A stretch of 64,000 nt of DNA, taken from contig JAQTYU010000001.1 in assembly GCA_028688145.1 (NCBI GenBank), forward strand, positions 266,284 to 330,283. Reading direction: 5' to 3'. Position numbers and translations under genes: made by a program. Source of the stretch: Thiotrichaceae bacterium. GTDB lineage: Bacteria > Pseudomonadota > Gammaproteobacteria > Beggiatoales > Beggiatoaceae. The notes beneath the pieces are model-generated. The model was not told where the DNA came from, did not search any database, and was given only the letters and a program-made list of their open reading frames with translations. Below, piece by piece: positions 40,140-52,316 of this stretch (positions within the stretch are counted from its first letter, which is position 1; every line of letters starts with the position of its first letter).

Positions 40140-41983
40140 CGATGCCGCCCTCTATCCATTTACTTTCGCCACACATCGCCAACCAAATCGCGGCGGGCGA
40201 AGTGATTGAGCGCCCTGCTTCGGTGGTGAAAGAGTTGTTGGAAAACAGTTTGGACGCAGGCGCAGACCAGATTGAAATCGAGCTGGAACAAGGCGGAGTG
40301 GGCTTGTGTCGGATTCGGGATAATGGTTGTGGCATTCGTGGTGAAGAATTGGGGCTGGCACTCAGTCGCCATGCCACCAGTAAGATTCAAAGTTTAGACG
40401 ATTTAGAACATATCAACAGTTTAGGTTTTCGCGGCGAAGCTTTGGCAAGTATTGCCTCGGTGTCGCGCTTAACCTTGAGTTCACGTTTTTACGCCGCCGC
40501 GCACGGCTATTGCTTACGCGCGGAAGCTTCAAATTTACCCGCCGCCCCCGACCCGATTGCTCACCCCATCGGCACCACGATTGAAATTCGAGATTTATTT
40601 TACAACACCCCCGCCCGCCGCAAATTCTTACGCACGGAAAAAACGGAACTCGCGCAAATTCAAGAAGTGGTGAAACGTTTGGCACTGAGTCGTTTTAATG
40701 TGGCGTTTAAACTCAGTCACAACCGCAAAGTGCTGTGGCAATTACGCGCCGCGACTAAAGAACATGAGCAATTGCAGCGGGTTGGGCAATTATGTCATCC
40801 TGAATTTGTGCAAAATTTGCTCAGCGTGCAGCAAACCAGCAGCGCATTGCAATTGAGTGGTTGGATTAGTCAGCCGACGTTTTCCCGCGCCCAAGCCGAT
40901 TTACAATATTTCTTTCTCAATGGGCGGGTGATTCGCGACAAACTCATCAGCCATGCCTTGAAACAAGCCTATCATGATGTGCTGTATGGCGAGCGACAAC
41001 CCTGTTATGTGCTTTATTTGAGCCTCGACCCCAGCGAAGTCGATGTGAACGTGCATCCGAATAAAAGCGAAGTGCGTTTTGCGCAAAGCGGTTGGATTCA
41101 TGATTTTCTGGTGCACAGCGTGCAACAAGCGTTAAATCGCACTTCGCCGCAGACTATTCAACCGATTCCCCAGCCCAAAATTGCCACTAGCGACGCGCCG
41201 ACACAATACGCTTTTTCAAACACCACGCGCAATCCTACCCAAAGTGCGGTACGGGAATCTTTGGCAAGCTATCAACATTTACAGGCAAGTTTGCCGCCGC
41301 GTTTACAAACGTCAATTTCGCCGCGTGAGTTTTCAGAATCTTTAAACATTCCTGAAGAAGAGGATAAAACTTCCAATGACGCGCCCGCGCTGCAAGCCAC
41401 ACCTGTTTTAGGTTATGCTTTGGCACAATTACAAGGGGTGTATTTGTTGGCGGAAAATACGCAAGGTTTGGTCTTGGTCGATATTCATGCGGCGCACGAA
41501 CGGATTATGTACCAACGTTTAAAAACCGCATGGCAGCAACAAGCGTGGCATGGTCAAGCTTTACTCGTGCCAGTGCAAGTGGAGGTTTCCGAGATCGAAG
41601 CTGAATTAGCTGAGCAGGAACAAGCGTGGTTTAAACAATTTGGCTTTGAAATTACCCGCACCGCGCCCCACATTTTAAGCGTGCGCCAAGTGCCGAATTT
41701 ATTGCAACAAGCAGATATTGCCGTCTTGTTAAAAGCGATTTTGGTAGACCTTGCCCATTTTGAACGCAGTGAACGTTTAATCACCCTGAGTGAAGAATTA
41801 TTATCGACGTTCGCTTGCCACAGTTCGGTGCGGGCAAATCGGCAATTAAGCCTGACGGAAATGAATGCCTTGTTACGTGAAATGGAACAAACCGAGCGCA
41901 GTAATCAATGTAATCATGGTCGCCCGACGTGGGTGCAAGTGGATATGGCGGGCTTGGATGCGCTGTTTTTGCGGGGGCGATGA
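40140..41983 (+). CDS. mutL: DNA mismatch repair protein MutL
   Basis: IAAGEVIERPASVVKELLENSLDAG GHKL ATPase N-terminus and MutL C-terminal dimerisation domain. Start at MPPSIHLL. Confidence 0.9.
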
Positions 41984-41993
41984 AAGGCAGAAC

Positions 41994-42070
41994 CTAGGGT
42001 GTATGAGCGTAGCGTCATACACCTTAAAATAGCCATTCTGGTGCACGGCGGCTACGCCTTATGCTTAGGG
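41994..42070. repeat. family F4 composite palindromic repeat (second copy)
   Basis: CCTAGGGTGTATGAGCGTAGCGTCATACACCTTA...GGCGGCTACGCCTTATGCTTAGGG parallels 1652-1745. Confidence 0.7.
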
Positions 42071-42169
42071 GGTTGAGGGCTTCTTTAAAACTTTAAATTC
42101 CCTCATTTCCCTTTTTCAAAGAGGGAAGATAAAATCCAATTGTTTTTTAAACATTTTTAGATTTTGAGC

Positions 42170-43015
42170 TTACGCTTTCACATAAACTGTTTGCTGCAAC
42201 AAATGAAAACGCTCAGTTAATTGAAATAAATTTTCAGAATGCCCAATGAATAAATAGCCTTCGGGTTCAAGAATATCGGCAAAGCGTTCAAATAAAATTG
42301 ATTGGGTATTTTTATCAAAATAAATTACGACGTTGCGACAAAAAATAAGATCGAATGTGCCGCGCATCGGCCATGCGTGGATTAAATTTAACTGTCGAAA
42401 ACTGATAATTTCTTGTAATTCTTTAGAAATATGTGCCTTGCCCGCTTGTCCACCAATGCCGCGCTTGACCCAACGGTGTAAACGCTCTGGGGAAATGCCT
42501 TCTAATCTATCACCCTCATAAATTCCCAAGCGTGCTTTTTCCAATACCGCTGAGTCTAAGTCGCTGGCCAAAATTTTTACATCCCAATAAGACGGCACGA
42601 CCTCTTTCACCACCATAGCAATCGAATAGGCTTCCTCACCACTGGCGCAGCCCGCAGACCAAATGCGCAAACGTTGCTGTTCTTGCTTACGTTCTAGCAA
42701 CTCAGGCAGGATGATTTTACCCAAGACTTCAAAATGATGGGCTTCACGGAAAAATGCGGTCAGATTGGTGGTGACTGCATTGATAAAGTTCACCAATTCT
42801 TCGCCATCATTTTCAAGTAACACTTGGTAATAACTGGAAAAACTATTTAAATTGAGGGCGCGTAAGCGTCTAGCAAGACGGCTATACAACATTTCTTGTT
42901 TATGCTCGGACAGGTGAATGCCCGTGTGGTGATTTACCAGCTCACGTAGCAAATTAAAATCATGCTGGGTAAAGGTAAACTCGCGATTTAACAGCACTTT
43001 CTCATGATGAATCAT
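42170..43015 (-). CDS. cheR: chemotaxis protein methyltransferase CheR
   Basis: CheR N-domain plus SAM-MTase (IWSAGCASGEEAYS...). Confidence 0.9.
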   Translation of the reverse strand: MIHHEKVLLNREFTFTQHDFNLLRELVNHHTGIHLSEHKQEMLYSRLARRLRALNLNSFSSYYQVLLENDGEELVNFINAVTTNLTAFFREAHHFEVLGKIILPELLERKQEQQRLRIWSAGCASGEEAYSIAMVVKEVVPSYWDVKILASDLDSAVLEKARLGIYEGDRLEGISPERLHRWVKRGIGGQAGKAHISKELQEIISFRQLNLIHAWPMRGTFDLIFCRNVVIYFDKNTQSILFERFADILEPEGYLFIGHSENLFQLTERFHLLQQTVYVKA

Positions 43016-43284
43016 ACGTTAATCGGTGGCAGTTTTAGTAGTTGGGTGAGTCCTAGGGTTTGAGCCGCAGCACAAAGTACCAATGAAGGATTTTCCCATT
43101 CAATGTGGATGACTTGGCTAACAGCCAGCAATAATTGTAAAGCAGCCGTGTCTACATGTTCAACTGCCTCAGCATCAATCTGCAAAGTTTCGCTGGGGTG
43201 TTGTTGACATTCAATTTGTAAGGCGTGCAATTGAGTCAGGGTTAAAGTTGTGGGCAATTTTAGACAATAAACAGATTGCGTCAT
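43012..43284 (-). CDS. STAS-domain (anti-sigma-antagonist-like) protein
   Basis: 90 aa, small α/β STAS-like. Overlaps the cheR start by 4 nt. Confidence 0.45.
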   Translation of the reverse strand: MTQSVYCLKLPTTLTLTQLHALQIECQQHPSETLQIDAEAVEHVDTAALQLLLAVSQVIHIEWENPSLVLCAAAQTLGLTQLLKLPPINV

Positions 43285-43400
43285 GTGCTTAGCCTTTCTG
43301 GTGAAAAGTAACTCTCAGCCTTCCCACTGATAAAATAATGGGGAGATTCAAACACGCGGTTTAAATCTCTTCATTTTTCAAAGCAGTGAGCCAGTTAAAT

Positions 43401-45800
43401 CTAAAAATCTTTCCATTCATCATCGTGTGCCACAACTGTGGTCGGGACTCGTCGCGCCAGATGTAAATGCTGAAGCGGGGTTTCCACAGCTTTACGCAAT
43501 CCGGGGTGCGCCGCCGTGACGGACGGGATATGCGTATTGTGAGGGGCGAAAGTTTTTACAGGACTGGCGGTGCTGGAATCCACTTGAAAACCCTGTGATT
43601 CCGCTAATTTAAAGAAACTAATTTGTTGTTTCAAATTTTGCGCCTGATTGCGCATCGAATCGCTGGCAGAGGTTGATTCTTCCACTAAAGCTGCATTTTG
43701 CTGCGTCACTTCATCCAGTTGCGCAACCACTTTATTGACTTGCTTAATCCCTGAAGACTGTTCTTGACTGGCTGCGGCAATTTCAGCAACGATGTCACTG
43801 ACTTTTTTCACCGCCATCATGATTTCATCCAAAGTTTCGCCCGACTGATTGGTCAAGCGTGCGCCTTCAGAAACTTTTTCGCTACTGTCTTTGATAAGTT
43901 CTTTAATTTCTTTCGCCGCTGCCGCGCTGCGTTGCGCCAAATTGCGCACTTCTGAGGCAACCACTGCAAAACCACGTCCTTGCTCACCTGCGCGCGCCGC
44001 TTCCACCGCCGCATTTAAAGCCAATAAATTGGTTTGGAAAGCAATTTCATCAATCACACTGATAATGTCTGCTATTTTACTGCTGCTGCTGTTGATTTCA
44101 TTCATCGCTAAAATTGCACTACCGACGACTTGGCTACCTTGTTCGGCGCGTTGTTTAGCTGTGGTGGCGAGTTGGGCGGCTTGCCGTGAATTATCCGCAT
44201 TTTGTTGCACAGTTGCGGTCATTTCTTCCATGCTGGCGGCGGTTTCTTCCAAAGAAGCGGCTTGTTCTTCCGTGCGCTGACTCAGGTAAACATTGCCTTG
44301 AGAAATTTCATCTGCGCCTTGGCTCACCAATTGTGCAGTTTTTTGAATGCTTTGCATGACTTCGGTTAGTTTTCTAACGGTGGCATTCACATCTTGCTTG
44401 AGCCGATCCAATGAACCCGCATACTCTCTATCAACGGTTTGAGTTAAATCACCCATCGCCATGGCAGCCACCACGCGCATAATTTCTTCAATCATGCGTT
44501 GATTGAAATCCAAAGTTAAATTAATACTTTCGCTGACGGTGCGGAAAAATCCTGCTTTATTATCAATCTCAATCCGCTGATTGAAAATGCCTTGGGCGGC
44601 GGCAACGGTCACGGTGTTAATTTCTTGTTCGGTGGCAATTTCTTGGGTGCGGTTATTAAACTCAACCGCCGTGCCCACCCGATCCCCTTGCGTGTTAATC
44701 ACGGGGGTGAAAATCGGGTCAATGGTCAACGAGCCAATTTTCAGTGTGGTGCGTAGACTTTGAGTGAGCTGGTCGAGTAATTGCCGTTGTTGGGCGGGAT
44801 TGTGATAAAACACATCAATCGGTGCGCCAACTAAATTACTCGCATCGAACTTGGGTAATTCTTGGCAAATAGTGCGTTCATCGGATTTGAATAAGCGTTG
44901 TGCGACTTCATTGATATAAATCACTTGATGTTGTGCATCTAAAATAATCACGCCTGTGGTGACGCAATCTAAAGCACGGTTAATGCGCAGCGCATCTTCT
45001 GTAATCGCTTTTTCACGGGCAATGCGTTCACGGAGCTGAATTTGCATACTGTCAAAGGCAATCAATAATTGTCCTGTTTCGTCTTGACGATCATGGGTAA
45101 TGGTGTTGTGTAAATTGCCTGCAGCAATCGCATTGGCGACATTGACAGCTTGAGTTAAGGGGCGATTAATCGCGCGGGCGAACAGATAGATAATTCCTAA
45201 ACTACACAAGACAGAGACTGCTAATACGAGATAAACCCAGAAAACCGCATCTTCACGTTCTTTACCTGCTTGTTCCATAAAGCTGATGGCTTTATTCTGG
45301 GCATACTCACTAATGTTATTAACTAGTTCAGCAGCCTGTTTAAATTTTTCGGCGTTGGTACCTGTAATAACTTGTTGACGTACTTCATCATTTTTACCTT
45401 GGCGTTTCAAATTGAAAACATCGTCACGGACATGTCGCCACTCTACCAAGGCAGTGCGTAACGCAACCACATTGCTAGGGTCTCCAAGAAAGCGTTCTGC
45501 GACTAAGCTCAAAGCATCGACAGATTCTTCATCTAATTTATTAACTTTGGCAATAATACTTTCTATGTTTTGATTATCTGCAACGGGGAGATCACGCATA
45601 TGCAGACGAATTTCGAGCAGCAGAACATGTATATCCCGAATAGTTTTCGTCACTGTGAACGGGTGCTGATGCAGACTTGTGGTTAAAGTTGCTAATTTAT
45701 TCATCTGATAAATCGCAAATCCCCCGATAATGATACTGAACAGGGTCATCGCCATAAAGCCTAGAAATAAGCGCGTGCGAATTTTCATTGTTTTAAACAT
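43401..45800 (-). CDS. methyl-accepting chemotaxis protein (4HB sensor, HAMP, PAS, MA domain) ending in an xWxxF pentapeptide
   Basis: N-terminal TM plus 4HB_MCP, HAMP, PAS, a highly conserved MA segment ([29 protein letters not shown]), and a C-terminal ...DDEWKDF. Confidence 0.9.
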   Translation of the reverse strand: MFKTMKIRTRLFLGFMAMTLFSIIIGGFAIYQMNKLATLTTSLHQHPFTVTKTIRDIHVLLLEIRLHMRDLPVADNQNIESIIAKVNKLDEESVDALSLVAERFLGDPSNVVALRTALVEWRHVRDDVFNLKRQGKNDEVRQQVITGTNAEKFKQAAELVNNISEYAQNKAISFMEQAGKEREDAVFWVYLVLAVSVLCSLGIIYLFARAINRPLTQAVNVANAIAAGNLHNTITHDRQDETGQLLIAFDSMQIQLRERIAREKAITEDALRINRALDCVTTGVIILDAQHQVIYINEVAQRLFKSDERTICQELPKFDASNLVGAPIDVFYHNPAQQRQLLDQLTQSLRTTLKIGSLTIDPIFTPVINTQGDRVGTAVEFNNRTQEIATEQEINTVTVAAAQGIFNQRIEIDNKAGFFRTVSESINLTLDFNQRMIEEIMRVVAAMAMGDLTQTVDREYAGSLDRLKQDVNATVRKLTEVMQSIQKTAQLVSQGADEISQGNVYLSQRTEEQAASLEETAASMEEMTATVQQNADNSRQAAQLATTAKQRAEQGSQVVGSAILAMNEINSSSSKIADIISVIDEIAFQTNLLALNAAVEAARAGEQGRGFAVVASEVRNLAQRSAAAAKEIKELIKDSSEKVSEGARLTNQSGETLDEIMMAVKKVSDIVAEIAAASQEQSSGIKQVNKVVAQLDEVTQQNAALVEESTSASDSMRNQAQNLKQQISFFKLAESQGFQVDSSTASPVKTFAPHNTHIPSVTAAHPGLRKAVETPLQHLHLARRVPTTVVAHDDEWKDF

Positions 45801-46097
45801 TATTGTTTCATTCCATGCAAGTGTTTTCGATACTTATGCAGTCTTAATGCCATAAGCGCATTCAAATGCTTATCACTTTTTCCATTTTATATGAATGTGG
45901 ACTTGATTACCTAAACTTATAAACTTAGGTATAATTTTTAGTAATACTGAAATAGCAGAGATTTTAGAATATTTCTTAGATTGGATTAGCGATAAACCAA
46001 CCCAACAAAGAGCGAAAATGCAGAGTTAGTCGAATTGTTGGATTGGCGATGAGCTAACGGCAAGACTGATTCGGGCAATGTGATTTCAGAATGAATT

Positions 46098-46862
46098 TTA
46101 AGAAGCGGTGGGTAATTGCGTATCTTGGGCATTCAAACTTTGCCCATGAATACTGCGCCCGTCTGCACCCATTAGATACAAGTATAGGGGAATAATTTGT
46201 TCTGGCGTGGGCAAGGTGGCAGGGTCTTCACCGGGAAAGGCAGAACTTCTCATACCCGTGCGCGTGCCGCCGGGATTGATCGTGTTGACGCGAATATTGG
46301 TATTAGTTTCCAATTCGTCTGCCAGCACTTGCGCCATACCTTCGATCCCAAATTTAGAAACTGCATACGCGCCCCAATACGCCCGACCTTTGCGCCCCAC
46401 ACTGGAAGAGGTATAAATCACCGAAGCATCAGCGGCTTTGCGCAACAAAGGTAAGCAGGCTTTGGTCAACAAAAATGGGGCATTTAAATTGACCTGCATC
46501 ACCTGAAACCACATGGTGGTGTCGTAATAATCCAAGGGGGTCAATGCGCCTAACATTGCGGCATTGTGCAGTAAGCCGTCTAAGTGTCCAAATTCGTCGC
46601 ATAAGGTACGGGCTAAATCTTCATAATCTTTGGCAGTTGCGCCTTCCAAATTCATCGGATAAATTGCGGCTTGCGGATGTCCTGCGGCTTCGATTTCGTC
46701 ATACACTATTTCAAGTTTACGAATCGTGCGCCCTAATAAAATCACGGTAGCTCCGTGGGCAGCATAGGTTTTTGCAGCAGCGCGTCCGATGCCATCACCA
46801 GCCCCGGTTACTAGAATAATACGTTCTGCCAAAAGGTTAGGAGCGGGATGATAGTCAAACAT
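46098..46862 (-). CDS. YciK-family SDR oxidoreductase
   Basis: TGAGDGIGR Rossmann motif, YxxxK catalytic pair. YciK-like over its whole length. Confidence 0.8.
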   Translation of the reverse strand: MFDYHPAPNLLAERIILVTGAGDGIGRAAAKTYAAHGATVILLGRTIRKLEIVYDEIEAAGHPQAAIYPMNLEGATAKDYEDLARTLCDEFGHLDGLLHNAAMLGALTPLDYYDTTMWFQVMQVNLNAPFLLTKACLPLLRKAADASVIYTSSSVGRKGRAYWGAYAVSKFGIEGMAQVLADELETNTNIRVNTINPGGTRTGMRSSAFPGEDPATLPTPEQIIPLYLYLMGADGRSIHGQSLNAQDTQLPTAS

Positions 46863-46979
46863 AAAAATTTCCTTGAATTTTATCTTTTATAATCGGGAGC
46901 GCGAGGAAGCAGTCCATTAAGAGAATATTATAAATCAGATATTCCCAAGACACATTATAAAAAATTCATACATTGCATT

Positions 46980-47435
46980 TTAAGTCAGCAAATAAGCAAC
47001 CGCTTCATTTCTATCTGCCGTATTTTTGAAAAATGCGACGACTGTTTCAAACAGTTCCAGAAACTCTTCTTGTTCCTCACTCCAATGTTCACCGTGATAA
47101 ATTTCTTCATAATCTAAGCTTTCTAAAGTCGTGCTTAATTCGGTGCGTGAGTACGCAGCCAATTGTTTTGCTAAATTCACAACGCGCTCGGCAGGAACAT
47201 AAAATGCCATTTCGGCACAGGGCAAGCCTTCCAGTTGTTCCAACTCCACTGAAAACGCTACGCCGAGTTTGTCCAAAGTTTGCGCCAAAATGTCCCATGC
47301 ATCATCAATGCACAAGCTTTCACTGGGTTGTTCATCCAATTCTTTGCGTAAAAAATCACAAAGCTCTCTGGGCGTATCCTGTAATTCAGATAATTTTTGT
47401 TCAGAAATCGCAATAAAGTCAGCACCAAAACTCAT
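46980..47435 (-). CDS. YfbM-like (DUF1877) hypothetical protein
   Basis: 151 aa, acidic. N-terminus resembles E. coli YfbM. Confidence 0.4.
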   Translation of the reverse strand: MSFGADFIAISEQKLSELQDTPRELCDFLRKELDEQPSESLCIDDAWDILAQTLDKLGVAFSVELEQLEGLPCAEMAFYVPAERVVNLAKQLAAYSRTELSTTLESLDYEEIYHGEHWSEEQEEFLELFETVVAFFKNTADRNEAVAYLLT

Positions 47436-47674
47436 GGATAAACTCCTTTATGTTAAAACTGGATATGCTCTCCCTTTCCTGTTGAAAAGGGCAGAGGTAC
47501 CTGCACAATTTTATAATTATTTGATTCTAAGATTAAACTATCTCGTTCCCACGATCCAGTATCACTGCCATTAAGTTAACCTAACCTGCGTTCGGGATAA
47601 GAAAACTTAAGTCTTTTAAATAACAATAAGTTTAGGAGTTACGCAGTTGGCGCAAAAGTAGCATCGAAAAGGGA

Positions 47675-48518
47675 ATGAATCCAAAACGATGTGACGAATA
47701 CGATTATATAAACTTTCTGGTTGCAGCTCAGAAAAGCTATAGCTGCCTTGAGGCAAGTCGAGTGCAACCCATACATGCTCATACACCTGCACATGATGCG
47801 ATAACACGATGTTTACACTCTATGAACCCTGATAATGACGCACTCTGGCAAGAAGCCGAACCGATGCTAGAGAAGGATAAGGGTTTGCTTGTGTTGGATG
47901 ATTCAACCCTAGATAAGCCCTATGCCCAGAAAATCCCCTTAGTCTATCGACATTGGTCTGGAAAACACCACGACATTGTTAAAGGCATTAATCTGCTGAC
48001 ACTGTTATGGACTGATGGAGATAAACATGTTCCTTGCGACCATCGTATCTACGATAAGGCTCATGATAATTTAAACAAGTCTGGTCAATCCAGATAATAC
48101 GGGGAATGTACCGATAGCACGGTTAGCTATCCGTGATACGGGTTGTGTTGTTCATCTCATGGGCTATGGATTTGTTAAAGTGTTCAGAACAATCGCTACA
48201 AACGGCGATGCTGAACATTGGACAAGCAGTAATCTCAACATGACGGAACTTGAACGTGTGGCAACCGCTGAAAAGACATGGGCGATTGAGAATTATCATC
48301 GGGGTCTTAAACAGTTTTGTGGTGTAGAGAAATGTCAGGCTCGTTCTGCAACCGCCCAGCGCAATCATATTGCGATGGCTCTGCGTGCTTTCCTACGTTT
48401 AGAAACCTATAGTTACACCACAGGTTACAGTTGGTTTGAAGCTAAAATGCAGATTATACGTGATGCCATTAGACACTATCTTCTTTCTCCAAGGTATAAC
48501 CTAGTTTCAACTGCGTAA
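47675..48518 (+). mobile_element. IS701/IS4-superfamily DDE transposase pseudogene (split into at least two frames)
   Basis: Fragments ...LVLDDSTLDKPYAQKIPLVYRHWSGKHHDIVKGINLLTLLWTDG... and ...IENYHRGLKQFCGVEKCQARSATAQRNHI... separated by frameshifts. Confidence 0.55.
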
Positions 48519-48527
48519 CTACTAATT

Positions 48528-49556
48528 TTAAAACAATATTTTCACCGTGAATAATCCCGAAACCGTCAGCCAGACAAATAACAAACTCGCAAGTGCAAAG
48601 GCTTTCGCGCCAGAAACCCGAATTTTCTGCCAAGTGGATTCTATGCCGAGAGCTGCCATTGCGGAGACCAATAAAAATTGGTCAATTTGGTTGATCATAT
48701 TTACAATCGCGCTCGGAATTAATTGCGCACTGTTCAGCGCGACCACGCCGACAAAATACAAAATAAACCACGGCACGGGCGGCTTGCTTAATTTTTGATT
48801 GCTGTCACTACTGGCGGTGAAATATTGCAATAACCAGCCAAGCAACAGCAACACGGGAGCCATTAATAACACGCGCCCCATTTTCACCAAAACCGCATTT
48901 GCGCCCGAAACCCCACCGACCATTGTCCCCGTTGCGACCACTTGTGCGACTTCGTGAATGGTTGCGCCTGACCAAATTCCAAATTGTTTGTCACTTAATG
49001 TTAAGCCGCTGTGCGCGTAAATGAAGGGATAGAGCAGCATTGCCAATGTGCCAAAAATCACCACGGTTGCGACGGCGGCGGCGGATTTATGCGGCTCGCT
49101 TTGCAATGTGCCTTCGGCTGCCATGACGGCGGCTGCGCCACAAATGCCTGAACCTGCGCCGACTAATAAGCAAGTGTCTCTGTCCATTTTTAAAAATTTA
49201 GTGCCGACAAACCACGCAATGCCTAAAGTCGAGATAATCACGATAAAGTCTAATGCGAGCACTTGCCAGCCTAAGCCGATAATTTCGTGATAAGTCAGTC
49301 TGAATCCATAGAAGACAATCGCAAGGCGTAAGATATTTTTTGCGCTGAATTGGATGCCGGGCAGCCATGTTTTGGGGAGGGTGTGGCGCAAGCTATTGGC
49401 GTAAATCATGCCCATGAAAATGGCGATAATCAGGGGCGAGATGCCTGTCGATTGCAAGTAAGGCAGTGTTCCCAACATCATGGCGAAGAGTGCAAATAAC
49501 ATGGTTAGCAAGATGCCGCGCAGGGTGTTGGCATTCTGTGAGTTTGAAAAAGGCAT
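48528..49556 (-). CDS. yeiH: YeiH/UPF0324-family putative sulfate exporter membrane protein
   Basis: 10-TM protein, similar to YeiH over its whole length. Confidence 0.8.
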   Translation of the reverse strand: MPFSNSQNANTLRGILLTMLFALFAMMLGTLPYLQSTGISPLIIAIFMGMIYANSLRHTLPKTWLPGIQFSAKNILRLAIVFYGFRLTYHEIIGLGWQVLALDFIVIISTLGIAWFVGTKFLKMDRDTCLLVGAGSGICGAAAVMAAEGTLQSEPHKSAAAVATVVIFGTLAMLLYPFIYAHSGLTLSDKQFGIWSGATIHEVAQVVATGTMVGGVSGANAVLVKMGRVLLMAPVLLLLGWLLQYFTASSDSNQKLSKPPVPWFILYFVGVVALNSAQLIPSAIVNMINQIDQFLLVSAMAALGIESTWQKIRVSGAKAFALASLLFVWLTVSGLFTVKILF

Positions 49557-49889
49557 AATGAAGCTTCTCTTATATCAAAATATTATTATATTATATTTTT
49601 TTGATATATATGAGTTGGGCAGTTCAGAATAGACTTCTAATTATTTCTCGTTCCTATAGCAGGGGTATTAGAATGAGAAAAAATTGGCAACTCCATAACG
49701 CCACGATTTCAAAAGAGAGACTGATTATGAGTAGTTTATTCGAGCAAGCTTATCAGGCATGGGATGACGGGAAACTGGAAATCGCGTTTAAATTATTTCG
49801 TGAAGCCGCTGCTCAGGGAGGGCTTCATCAAAGAGTAAAATCACTGTGCTAAATAATTAGTTAAAGTACACTTTAACGCCAACCCATTC

Positions 49890-50760
49890 TCATGCAAACA
49901 CTTTGCTTGAGGGACTAGACCGACTCATTAACCCCAGAAAACCCTCAAGGTTTGCACCCATTTTCATGATTCCCTCCGTCACTGAACTTACCTCTGCAAA
50001 CCTCAGTAAGTTTAACCCGATACTCCGTAAAACCCCCATCACTAACGCAGTATGCTTCTTAGAGATTTGGCAGCTATCCTCTTTTAAAATCACATCTTTT
50101 ACCCAGTGTAAGTTGTTCTCTATGCGCCTTGTATCCATTTACCAAAGCGATAAGCACTGACTTCCTCACTACTGATGTAATAGCTCTCACTCCCCACCTG
50201 TTTCTTACCGCGATTGCCACGACGATGTACTGAGACCACACTACGCAAACCTGCCACATAAGCATGATTATTCTTGATAATCAGCTCTACTGTTTTTTTT
50301 GGGGATGAATCTCGCTCTGCTTGCTGTTTTCTAAAGTTCCAAGCTGCAAGACTAAATGACTTTGATGCCCGAAAAAGCTTACTAAACTTACAAAGTTCTG
50401 CTCCGCATCATGGCAATGAGTGACGGTGCTATTAATGCTTTTTCCATCAATGGCTATCAGCTCTGATTTATAATGACTCAACATCCATTGATTAAATGCC
50501 TGACATAACTCTTGAATATCAAGACGATTGCCTAGTCTTTGGAACGTTGATGCACTGGGGGACTTTGCCATGTGGCAAGGGTATTTGGGTTACCAATAAT
50601 GTCCTGTGATTCTTTGCAAAATGAGCCATTGCATTAAAGCTCGTATAACCACACATCATGCTCATTATCATGAGGGTGGGTGTCTGTTGGTGACGAATGC
50701 CTTTGTTCTGACGGGAATCGCTGAGTGTGGTTAAGTAGGGGCTTAAACTATTCATGGCTT
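49890..50760 (-). mobile_element. degenerate ISAs1-family IS copy (transposase pseudogene), second copy
   Basis: Fragments 50519-50755 (N-terminus), 50287-50571 (LIAIDGKSINSTVTHCHD) and 49890-50138 (ENNLHWVKDVILKEDSCQISK). Paralogous to 2987-3660. Confidence 0.7.
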
Positions 50761-50946
50761 ATCAGATGAATCAATTGGTTAAAAGATATTCCTATTTAAC
50801 TGCTTATTATATCTCAGTTTTGTATTCTTTGATGATGCCCTCCTCGGGCAGGGAGGATTTAAAAATCTCGATTATTGCCACGATGTTAAATCCCCCTCCG
50901 CCCCCTCGCGTTGCTCTCCCCCTTTTTCAAAGAGGGAAGTTAATGA

Positions 50947-51834
50947 TTAAGCCTCTGGAAATAATCCCATCGACAAATAACGATCCCCGCGATCACAAAT
51001 AATTGCCACAATCAGCGCATTTTTCACTTCCTGCGCCAATTGCAAAGCGGCGGCAACTGCACCGCCTGAAGAAATCCCGCCTAAAATTCCCTCAACTGCA
51101 GCCAAATCACGCATAGTTTGCTCTGCGGTGGCTTGATCAATATCAATAATTCTATCCACGCGACGTTCATCATAAATCTTAGGCAAATAAGCTTTAGGCC
51201 AGCGACGAATCCCAGGAATACTTGAACCCTCTGTCGGTTGCACCCCAACAATTTGAATCGCTGCATTTTGTTCTTTCAAAAAGCGCGACGTGCCCATAAT
51301 CGTGCCTGTCGTCCCCATTGCGCTGACAAAATGGGTGATTTTTCCCTCAGTGTCGCGCCAAATTTCAGGCCCTGTGCTTTCATAATGTGCTTGGGGATTA
51401 TCTTGATTATCAAATTGATTCAGAATTCGACCCTTGCCTGCTTGCTCTAATTCAATTGCTAAATCCCGTGCGCCTTCCATACCACTGGCTTTAGGAGTCA
51501 GAATTAATTCAGCCCCATAAGCCCGCATCAACATGCGACGTTCCACGCTCATATTGTCAGGCATGATTAATTTGAGCTGATAACCTTTCATCGCCGCCAC
51601 CATGGCTAAAGCAATCCCCGTGTTGCCGCTGGTGGCTTCAATTAAAATATCGCCTGGCTTAATCTCGCCGCGTGCTTCTGCTTTACTAATCATGCTCAAT
51701 GCAGGACGATCTTTCACCGAACCAGCGGGATTATTGCCTTCTAATTTCACTAAAATCTGATTATTGTTGCCTGCATGTAAGCGTTGCAGCGCGACTAAAG
51801 GCGTATTGCCTACAAAATATTCTAAGGATTTCAT
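50947..51834 (-). CDS. cysM: cysteine synthase (CysM/CysK family, PLP-dependent)
   Basis: GNTPLV...SVKDRPA...TSGNTGIALA motifs. Start at MKSLEYF with the AAAGGA RBS. The track ORF extends to 51951. Confidence 0.88.
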   Translation of the reverse strand: MKSLEYFVGNTPLVALQRLHAGNNNQILVKLEGNNPAGSVKDRPALSMISKAEARGEIKPGDILIEATSGNTGIALAMVAAMKGYQLKLIMPDNMSVERRMLMRAYGAELILTPKASGMEGARDLAIELEQAGKGRILNQFDNQDNPQAHYESTGPEIWRDTEGKITHFVSAMGTTGTIMGTSRFLKEQNAAIQIVGVQPTEGSSIPGIRRWPKAYLPKIYDERRVDRIIDIDQATAEQTMRDLAAVEGILGGISSGGAVAAALQLAQEVKNALIVAIICDRGDRYLSMGLFPEA

Positions 51835-51945
51835 CCAATATCCTTTACGGTGTGAAAGCTCTCTCTGTGAGGAAGATGGCTCAATTGTTCCCACATGCGT
51901 TAGCATGTTATTATTTTTGGTTAGCTCTTTGTTTATGGAGAGACA

Positions 51946-52012
51946 AGCCATCGACCTCTATCTGTCGATGGCTTTCTCACTCGACAAATAAGGTCGAGTA
52001 TGGATTGAAACA
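51946..52012. repeat. family F5 structured repeat (variant copy)
   Basis: AGCCATCGACCTCTATCTGTCGATGGCT...GGTCGAGTATGGATTGAAACA. Related copies at 52163-52223 and 55532-55596. Confidence 0.65.
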
Positions 52013-52162
52013 TTTGCTGTAACCTTGATTATTTTCAATAAGTATTGGCATCATAGCGCAAAATTTGCGGGCTTGGGGATAGCGGCTTAGAAGATTTGAC
52101 GCTATTACCAACAAATAGCGTGATAAGATGACGCGTTGCTGATAAATTGTTTTGCCCGTTTT

Positions 52163-52223
52163 ATCGACCTCTATCCGTCGGCGGGTTTCACCTGACGGAT
52201 GAGGTCGGGTGTGGATCGAAACA
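52163..52223. repeat. family F5 structured repeat
   Basis: ATCGACCTCTATCCGTCGGCGGGTTTCACCTGACGGATGAGGTCGGGTGTGGATCGAAACA with nested inverted repeats (CGACCTC/GAGGTCG; CCGTC/GACGG). Confidence 0.7.
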
Positions 52224-52316
52224 AACCAAGAAACACGTAGGGCTTAGCGCGTGATCATTAAACTGCGTTATGGGATAATTTCAATTTTTTGTTAAGTCAA
52301 TTAGGTCAACTGTACA

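Noticed and set aside
49601-49852. 83-aa ORF between yeiH and the ISAs1 remnant
   Set aside because: No RBS, low-complexity N-terminus, and located in IS-flanking debris.
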